The notes under the pieces are model-generated. The model was not told the origin of the DNA. It ran no database searches and was given only the letters and a program-made list of their open reading frames with translations. Source: a virus. From it: a stretch of 42,306 nt of DNA. Positions 13,342-18,829 of the stretch are shown here, piece by piece. Numbering within the stretch: position 1 is the first letter of the stretch; the number at the start of each line of letters is the position of its first letter. The translations under genes and the position numbers were made by a program. The stretch covers positions 1-42,306 of IMG/VR virus record IMGVR_UViG_3300021057_000009; one strand, written 5' to 3'.

Positions 13342-14209
13342 TTTTTAGGTATTTGAACGGATCGCACTTCTCGTACATGATTTCGATACACTCCCTGTCT
13401 GCTTCGTCTTCAGGATTCCATTCAGCTATGCATACAGGCCGGTAGGAGCAAAAGGAACATTGCCCCATGTTTTTAGGCCAGGAGTTGTCGCTGCGAGAAG
13501 TAGTGAACTTCTGGACCCATTGAAGGACATCGAGTTTCCAACTATCCATTTGCCTCTGGTTGCGGTTAAACATCTGTCGCTGGAATTCGTAATAGAACCC
13601 GGCTGGCTGATCCTTGTATTTGCGCTCCCTGTGACCGAACCGGATAGCGTTGATATAAGCCCCTGAGCATTCCCCGTATTTGGATTGCACATAGGCACAG
13701 TAACCTGTGAGTTGGGAGTTGGGTTCAAATTGAGCCCAATAGTATGGGGTAAAGGCTTTCCCCGTAGTCTTGTGATCCCAGATGTAAACCCCCCCATGCT
13801 CCGTGTTCTCGGCTATAAGGTCGATCTTGACTAGGTATTTGATTCCAGGGGCTAGTTCAATCTCCCCCTTTTCCTCCACCCCAAGGATGCGCCACTTTTT
13901 GTCCTCTAGCCTGTAATGGTCCAGATAACCCTTAAGGAGTGTCAACCCATTGGCTTGAGTCTTAGACTTATCCTCAGAGTCCAACTGCTCAGGGTAGAGT
14001 TTGATAAACTCAGCCTCACATTCTTGTTCCGATTTGCCCAAATAATGAGCCTCTAAATACCCATGGACCGCCGTACCCATATTGCGGTCATGTTCCTCCG
14101 CTCCAGCCTGGATTTTTCGGTATCCGTCGATGTACTGAAGTCGGTACCGAAATGGACAATTTTTGAAGCATTGAATCTGACTGTTGTCTATATTAATCAT
14201 GGGTGACAA
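13304..14209 (-). CDS. PD-(D/E)XK nuclease, Cas4/RecB-like with Fe-S cysteines
   Basis: 301 aa. N-terminal QCFKNCPFRYRL, core IDLIAE...YIWDHKT, C-terminal CSFCSYRPVC. Confidence 0.8.
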   Translation of the reverse strand: MSPMINIDNSQIQCFKNCPFRYRLQYIDGYRKIQAGAEEHDRNMGTAVHGYLEAHYLGKSEQECEAEFIKLYPEQLDSEDKSKTQANGLTLLKGYLDHYRLEDKKWRILGVEEKGEIELAPGIKYLVKIDLIAENTEHGGVYIWDHKTTGKAFTPYYWAQFEPNSQLTGYCAYVQSKYGECSGAYINAIRFGHRERKYKDQPAGFYYEFQRQMFNRNQRQMDSWKLDVLQWVQKFTTSRSDNSWPKNMGQCSFCSYRPVCIAEWNPEDEADRECIEIMYEKCDPFKYLKSETEGGDDADRG

Positions 14210-14243
14210 AACGAAAAAGTCGTGTCATTTTTTTGTCATGGCC

Positions 14244-14252
14244 TGTGGATAA
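14244..14252 (-). promoter_or_regulatory. DnaA box (TTATCCACA on minus strand)
   Basis: tgtggataa is an exact reverse complement of the 9-mer consensus. Confidence 0.6.
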
Positions 14253-14285
14253 CTTCATCAGTATCTTCATATTAGTTCGCTTTAT

Positions 14286-14294
14286 TGTGGATAA
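14286..14294 (-). promoter_or_regulatory. DnaA box (TTATCCACA on minus strand)
   Basis: tgtggataa is an exact match, in the same orientation as the first box. Confidence 0.6.
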
Positions 14295-14529
14295 AGGTGA
14301 CAAAAATGACGCTAAATGACAATTTTTTTTCAGTTTTGTCATTTTGCAAACCTCATAGGTACAATTAGTTAAGTTATGCAATGACAAAAATGACGTTTTT
14401 TTCTTATATTCTTTCTTATTCCACTACGACCTTTAGAAAGGTAGCCGCTGCGGGACGCATATATAAGGAAGGAAGGAGATATATATAGAATATATATATA
14501 TATATGTTTGAAAATTTGCGTCATTTTTG

Positions 14530-15837
14530 TCATTTTGTCATTTGAGTCACTAATTGAGTCACTGGACGAAGACCGATTCCGATCCATAATCTTGACTCAC
14601 TTGAACGGTCTTCTGAGATATCTGGGAGATACTTTTTAAGTAGTTTTCCAAATCTACTTTTACCCAGTGGTTTGTACCCGTTTTCATCGCAGTAATCAGA
14701 GTAGGCTGAGTAGAGGGTATTTTTGGGGATGGATAGGACACTGGCCACTACGCAGCACTCTTCGATAAAGCCTACGTAGTTGTTGTTTTCTTTTAGGTAA
14801 TCAATCTTAGACTGTCTAACGGATTCTGAATCGGAGAAGATTCGATGAGTCAAAAGGCGGTGGTAGCCTTTAAGACACCAATTGAGAATGCCTGATTTTT
14901 CGTTTTTAAGCTGTTCTGTGAGGTTTTTGTTCTGTTTGGCCTCGGGTATCTGTTTATTGAATTGAATAGGCAGGATGCGCCTGTAAAAGGCATCTGTGCG
15001 GTCTTCTATGCGTGGGTATTGGTTAAAAGCGAAGATTAGTTTACAGGTATTGCGGAATTTGAACGGGTGGCAGAACTTTCTTTCAGCGGCGATTACCTCT
15101 CCAGATACTAACTGTTTGAAGGTAGATTCATAGACTGTGGTTTTTGTATTTGTTTCAGTGGAGATATTGACCATTCGCCCAAAGAATTCGGCCAGGTAGT
15201 TTGGGTTCTTGAACTGTTCCATTGGTACAGTGGAAACATTCTCGGAGCCGAAGAGGGATTCAAGGACGTTTAGAATGACGGATTTTCCATTGGCTCCGTC
15301 CCCTATCAGCATCAGGGCTTTTTCTTGGTGTGTGTGTCTACAGAGGGAATAACCGATGAATTCCTGGATGATGGTAATTTTTGATGGATCATCACCCAGG
15401 ACTTCGGATAAAAAGGATTCCCACTTTGGGCAAGAGGCGTTGGGCTCATACTTCGTGTTGAGTTGGTTGATGCTGATATAGGGTTCGGTGTGACTCATTA
15501 GGGTTAGTTTGTCTAAATCCAGGATACCGTTTTGGACGTTGAGGAAGGTGCTTACTTGGTCCAGTAGCTCCGGGTTCCACCAAGTCTCTGCGGCAAGTGA
15601 GTTTTTGACTTCTTTGAACAGGTGGATGGAGAATTTATCCCCCACTATGTCCTTAATCATCTTGCCGATGACGATATCTGATGTGGCGCGGTAGACACCT
15701 TCTTTGTAGATATAGAAAACGTCATTCATGAAGATGATGCCGCCGTGACAGAGGTTGAGGATTTCATGCGAAATTGCGTTTGGATTGATCTTGGAAGAAT
15801 TGCGGAATGGATTCTCATCAGTTTCTTGATAGTTCAT
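14530..15837 (-). CDS. P4/D5-type SF3 replicative helicase (primase-helicase family; no primase domain recognised)
   Basis: 435 aa. Walker A LIGDGANGKS. The KLIFAFNQYPRIEDRTDAFYRRILPIQF block is typical of the phage/plasmid primase P4-family C-terminal domain. Confidence 0.85.
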   Translation of the reverse strand: MNYQETDENPFRNSSKINPNAISHEILNLCHGGIIFMNDVFYIYKEGVYRATSDIVIGKMIKDIVGDKFSIHLFKEVKNSLAAETWWNPELLDQVSTFLNVQNGILDLDKLTLMSHTEPYISINQLNTKYEPNASCPKWESFLSEVLGDDPSKITIIQEFIGYSLCRHTHQEKALMLIGDGANGKSVILNVLESLFGSENVSTVPMEQFKNPNYLAEFFGRMVNISTETNTKTTVYESTFKQLVSGEVIAAERKFCHPFKFRNTCKLIFAFNQYPRIEDRTDAFYRRILPIQFNKQIPEAKQNKNLTEQLKNEKSGILNWCLKGYHRLLTHRIFSDSESVRQSKIDYLKENNNYVGFIEECCVVASVLSIPKNTLYSAYSDYCDENGYKPLGKSRFGKLLKKYLPDISEDRSSESRLWIGIGLRPVTQLVTQMTK

Positions 15838-16246
15838 TCGATTTGGATTCCTTCACGGGTTCAATCCTGACTCGAATCACCCCCTCACGAAGAGGGGCTA
15901 TGTGTCGGAAGGCGGCTTTAGAAAGGTCGATTATTTTGCCCTGGGAGTAACACTTCTTGCTCGGGCCGAAATCGTTGTGCCTGACTATGACCGAGCGGTT
16001 ATTGCTTAGATTGGTCACTTTGTAGTAGCGCCCAAAGTCACGGGATCGCATTGCACAGGTGAAATCATTGTGGTCGAACTTCTCTAAAGAAGCCGTATAA
16101 CGCCCCGATGTACCTTCCTTTCGACAAGATTCATAGGAGTACCATGTGGCTTTTCCAGTAGTAGAGGCGTGTGATTCACCAGTTGGTAAACTCACAAGGC
16201 AAAAAAATAGACTAACTTTGCCTATGCGATTCAGAAAGTTCACCAT
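15818..16246 (-). CDS. Secreted RlpA-like double-psi beta-barrel protein (putative lytic transglycosylase)
   Basis: 142 aa. Signal-like VSLFFCLVSLPTGESHA, then GKATWYS...GRYTASLEKFD...YKVTNLSNNRSVIVRHNDFGP...IDLSKAAF, as in RlpA/DPBB proteins. Confidence 0.65.
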   Translation of the reverse strand: MVNFLNRIGKVSLFFCLVSLPTGESHASTTGKATWYSYESCRKEGTSGRYTASLEKFDHNDFTCAMRSRDFGRYYKVTNLSNNRSVIVRHNDFGPSKKCYSQGKIIDLSKAAFRHIAPLREGVIRVRIEPVKESKSNELSRN

Positions 16247-16250
16247 TTGG

Positions 16251-16484
16251 TTACCTTGATGGGGAAAAAAAATACATAATTGGTTTGTTCAAAACGTGAA
16301 CTAATGGAACAATCGCATCAGCCGGTGGCGAGAACATACGTTCCCAGTTGAAGATGGTACGTTCACAGGTTTGATACCCAGTCTTGCGAAGGAGACTGAC
16401 CAGTTGTTTCCTGGACATATTCAACTCTATGCGAGCTTTTTCAATTTTATTACCTATTGAGTATTTATTTGTTTTACTTTTCAT
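16251..16484 (-). CDS. Cro-like XRE-family HTH regulator
   Basis: 77 aa. IGNKIEKARIELNMSRKQLVSLL...TIFNWE is an HTH_3 pattern. It is divergent from the CI-like gene. Confidence 0.75.
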   Translation of the reverse strand: MKSKTNKYSIGNKIEKARIELNMSRKQLVSLLRKTGYQTCERTIFNWERMFSPPADAIVPLVHVLNKPIMYFFSPSR

Positions 16485-16531
16485 TTGTAATTTCTTTCAA
16501 GTAAGGATTAAAATGCCCTAAGATGGAGCTA

Positions 16532-16560
16532 CTTTAATGAGTGGGTATGATCTATGTCAA
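16532..16560 (-). promoter_or_regulatory. Candidate leftward early promoter (TTGACA -35, weak -10)
   Basis: TTGACA at 16560..16555 on the minus strand. TTAAAG/TAAAGT lies 17-18 nt downstream. Confidence 0.4.
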
Positions 16561-16604
16561 GAAATATTTTGCATGTACGAAAATTAGTAGCTTGCCATCT
16601 ATAA

Positions 16605-16633
16605 TTGCAATAAATTGCCTAATGCGATATAAT
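16605..16633 (+). promoter_or_regulatory. Sigma70-type promoter of the CI-like gene (TTGCAA-17-TATAAT)
   Basis: ttgcaa 16605-16610, 17-nt spacer, tataat 16628-16633. The ATG is at 16651. Confidence 0.6.
16607..16618. promoter_or_regulatory. Operator-like inverted repeat GCAAT-AA-ATTGC
   Basis: gcaataaattgc overlaps the -35 and spacer of the cI promoter. A near-identical site lies at 18558-18569. Confidence 0.5.
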
Positions 16634-16650
16634 AGGCGAAATAATAAAAG

Positions 16651-17370
16651 ATGTATATACACTTGACAGCCATGGAAACCGACAAAACAGAAATTATGAC
16701 TGATCAATTAGAAGAATTTCATCATTTTTTGTACAAGCTCATGGCAAAAAAAGTAATCAGTCAGTCAGAGTTAGCAGAGAAGTTGAATTTCAGTCGTTCA
16801 TATATTTCGCAGTTACTCAGCGGTGAGAAGAAAGCCCCTCGTCCGGTTAAGATGGAACAATTGGCACAGGCACTTGATTGCAATAAGGAAGAATATGATG
16901 CGCTCATGAATTATGCGTATCAACGTGCGTTGGGAACGAATTATTCTTTGGATCGTCAAGTGCATATTGATGCTGCCAGAGTGAATTTTATTCCGATAAT
17001 TGAATGGGATTATTTGGATAAATTAGATTTCACGCAGTCCGCGTTGCCACTTGATGGCGTGGGTGTAGTTGATGATGTTGCCACTGAGTTTAAGAATAAG
17101 AACTTATTTGCGCTGATTGTGCATGATGACTCGATGGAACCGGAGTTTAAGGTTGGTGATACGATTATCGTAGACCCTCATGCAAAGGTTACGGATAATG
17201 ACTTTGTGATTATCAAGGTCAAGAACGATCAACCTGTTTTGAGAAAATGGAATCGAGTGGATGTGTTGAATCTGCTCCATCCACTGAATCCAGATTACAA
17301 GGATTTAATTTTCAAAGATTCAGAGTGTAAGTTAATTGGTCGAGTGATTGGAAGTCAAGTTAGGTACTAA
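16651..17370 (+). CDS. CI-like repressor: XRE HTH + S24 (LexA-like) autopeptidase
   Basis: 239 aa. ISQSELAEKLNFSRSYISQLLSG is the HTH. VHDDSMEPEFKVGDTIIVDP carries the Ser and VLRKW the Lys of the S24 dyad. Confidence 0.85.
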   Translation: MYIHLTAMETDKTEIMTDQLEEFHHFLYKLMAKKVISQSELAEKLNFSRSYISQLLSGEKKAPRPVKMEQLAQALDCNKEEYDALMNYAYQRALGTNYSLDRQVHIDAARVNFIPIIEWDYLDKLDFTQSALPLDGVGVVDDVATEFKNKNLFALIVHDDSMEPEFKVGDTIIVDPHAKVTDNDFVIIKVKNDQPVLRKWNRVDVLNLLHPLNPDYKDLIFKDSECKLIGRVIGSQVRY

Positions 17371-18131
17371 GCACCACTGAAGGATTGACCTAGTTCCACA
17401 AACTGCCCGTCGATAATGTGGACGTAGTGTGGAGTGAATTGTCCAGACGGCATTGTGTCGATGTATGCGAACATGTGGACCCAGTTTACAGGTGGCTTGC
17501 CTACTAGGTAAGACAGATCCATTCGTGATAGCGTTCCAATCGAAGCCGCTTCAACGGGCCTACCATCTAGTCCGATACCAGTGGCTACTTGAAACTGGTG
17601 AGTGTGGCCGTAGATGATGTTTTTGTGAAATAGTTGTAAGTGTTTCTGAGCATGGTTTCCACCTGTAATCCAGCCGTGGGTGTAAATCACCTTCCCGTAT
17701 TCCCTCCACTGACCGTATTCACACCAGGACCAGTGACGATCTGGTAGATTATACTCGTCATACCAAGTCTTCAGTCGGCGCATACGGCGCATTCCTAATT
17801 CCTGACCGTGTTTGACTCTGAACTTGGTGTATCTGGCCTCGTGGTTCCCACCGATCATTACCTTTTCACAGGATTGAGGCAAAATGGAGTCGATGCGGTC
17901 TAAGAGTTCATTAGCCGCTTCCCTTTCCGTGTCGATGTTAACTACATCTTCTTCTCGACGTGGATCGTAGGTGGTAACTGAATCCCAATCGCAGAAGTCC
18001 CCTAGCTGGATAAGGCGGTTAGGTTTATAGTGTTTAATGAAGGCAATGGCAGCATTGACCGATGCCTTGTGGTCGTTGGGAGTATGGATGTCTGGTAGGA
18101 CTACGGTTCTGTGAAGCTTAATAGTCGGATC
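17367..18131 (-). CDS. Calcineurin-like metallophosphoesterase (start codon unresolved)
   Basis: All motifs are present in one open frame: LPDIHTP, QLGDFCDW, GGNHE, GHTH. The track ORF starts at TTG 17882 and would lose the first two motifs. The frame is open up to the TAG at 18132-18134, with no ATG/GTG/TTG before 17882. ATT at 18122 is preceded by AGGA 7 nt upstream. Confidence 0.75.
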   Translation of the reverse strand, partial: DPTIKLHRTVVLPDIHTPNDHKASVNAAIAFIKHYKPNRLIQLGDFCDWDSVTTYDPRREEDVVNIDTEREAANELLDRIDSILPQSCEKVMIGGNHEARYTKFRVKHGQELGMRRMRRLKTWYDEYNLPDRHWSWCEYGQWREYGKVIYTHGWITGGNHAQKHLQLFHKNIIYGHTHQFQVATGIGLDGRPVEAASIGTLSRMDLSYLVGKPPVNWVHMFAYIDTMPSGQFTPHYVHIIDGQFVELGQSFSGA

Positions 18132-18431
18132 CTAGAAGAAATGAACTCCTAACAACTGCCAAGAGTCCCGTTTATTCTCAGTTGTGTTGTGAGAGTCGGT
18201 TTTGTTTATAGTCCCCACCGGCCCATCCACTCGCTCTTCTACTACATGGGCTGGTGCGGGAGGTTTGATGAATTTGGCCTTCACGACTGACACTATCGCT
18301 GAGAGGATGAATATCTCGGCCAAGAAGACAGCGCCGAAGATGAGGGCTTTGGCCCAGGTACGGCCATCAAATGGGCCAGTTAGGAGCTTAGTCCACGACC
18401 ATCCCTCCTTAGCTTCCTTTATATCAGCCAT
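18132..18431 (-). CDS. Single-pass membrane protein, 99 aa (holin/lysis-module candidate)
   Basis: Has a TM segment AKALIFGAVFLAEIFILSAIVSVV. It lies at the distal end of the late operon. The function is a guess. Confidence 0.55.
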   Translation of the reverse strand: MADIKEAKEGWSWTKLLTGPFDGRTWAKALIFGAVFLAEIFILSAIVSVVKAKFIKPPAPAHVVEERVDGPVGTINKTDSHNTTENKRDSWQLLGVHFF

Positions 18432-18433
18432 TT

Positions 18434-18535
18434 TTAGTCATTCTTCCGCTCAAGTTTGAGGATTTGTGTCTTGATAAAGTTGCTTAGAAGAACTCCAAGA
18501 CCGAAGCTAACGAGTCCGAAGAGGATTAGTTTCAT
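18434..18535 (-). CDS. Small membrane peptide, 33 aa
   Basis: Own translation: MKLILFGLVSFGLGVLLSNFIKTQILKLERKND. SD AAGGAG lies 8 nt upstream. Its stop is 3 nt before the next ATG. Confidence 0.5.
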   Translation of the reverse strand: MKLILFGLVSFGLGVLLSNFIKTQILKLERKND

Positions 18536-18547
18536 GACATTTTCTCC

Positions 18548-18576
18548 TTGTAATTAGGCAATTAATTGCGTATACT
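18548..18576 (+). promoter_or_regulatory. Sigma70-type promoter of the opposite-strand secreted-protein gene (TTGTAA-17-TATACT)
   Basis: ttgtaa 18548-18553, 17-nt spacer, tatact 18571-18576. AGGAGG at 18588-18593. Confidence 0.55.
18558..18569. promoter_or_regulatory. Operator-like perfect palindrome GCAAT-TA-ATTGC
   Basis: gcaattaattgc fills the promoter spacer. It matches the site in the cI promoter at 11 of 12 positions. Confidence 0.5.
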
Positions 18577-18598
18577 ATTCGCTTAACAGGAGGCTACG

Positions 18599-18829
18599 AT
18601 GACCGCCCGTTTCTTCTTAATAGCTCTTGTGCTACTAGCTGCAAGTTCCGAAGCACTTGCCGGTACCACACGCATTCGGAAAGTCGGGAACTATGATCAG
18701 TATTACAACTCTGACGGTTCGATGGGGACTGGTTACGCCGTTGGTGATCGGTACTATTACAGCGACACCTCGGGGAACATGGCTCAGGTTTATGGGGTCG
18801 GTGATACTGATTACGTAAATACCTACTGA
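18599..18829 (+). CDS. Secreted Tyr/Gly/Asp-rich repeat mini-protein (moron)
   Basis: 76 aa. Signal peptide MTARFFLIALVLLAASSEALA. The mature part has two related repeats, YYNSDGSMGTGYAVGD and YYYSDTSGNMAQVYGVGD. It has its own promoter and a strong SD. It is the only plus-strand gene in the late region. Confidence 0.65.
   Translation: MTARFFLIALVLLAASSEALAGTTRIRKVGNYDQYYNSDGSMGTGYAVGDRYYYSDTSGNMAQVYGVGDTDYVNTY

Larger units (their letters stand above)
14205..14562. other. Candidate origin of replication (DnaA boxes, iterons, (TA)n unwinding element)
   Basis: Contains 2 perfect DnaA boxes. TGACAAAAATGACG occurs at 14298-14311 and 14382-14395, and inverted at 14519-14532. There are further TGACAAA/TTTGTCA half-sites, a TA-repeat at 14479-14505, and TTGAGTCAC x2 at the helicase 3' end. 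Confidence 0.6.

Noticed and set aside
14205-14562. Possible CRISPR-like array because of regularly recurring short repeats
   Set aside because: The repeats are 8-14 nt, irregularly spaced and in both orientations, with no unique spacers of constant length and no cas genes. This is iteron architecture, not CRISPR.
14193-14587. 64-aa and 72-aa minus-strand ORFs in the helicase-nuclease gap
   Set aside because: They run through homopolymer, (TA)n and iteron DNA and give low-complexity products (for example IYIYILYISPSFLIY). The region is better explained as an origin.
18132-18134. Genome-wide TAG (amber) stop-codon reassignment as the explanation for the in-frame TAG
   Set aside because: All large late genes (770, 689, 563 and 507 aa) are uninterrupted under the standard code. 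TAG also ends other ORFs cleanly, including the phosphoesterase itself at 17367-17369. Any read-through would therefore be local, not a recoded genome.
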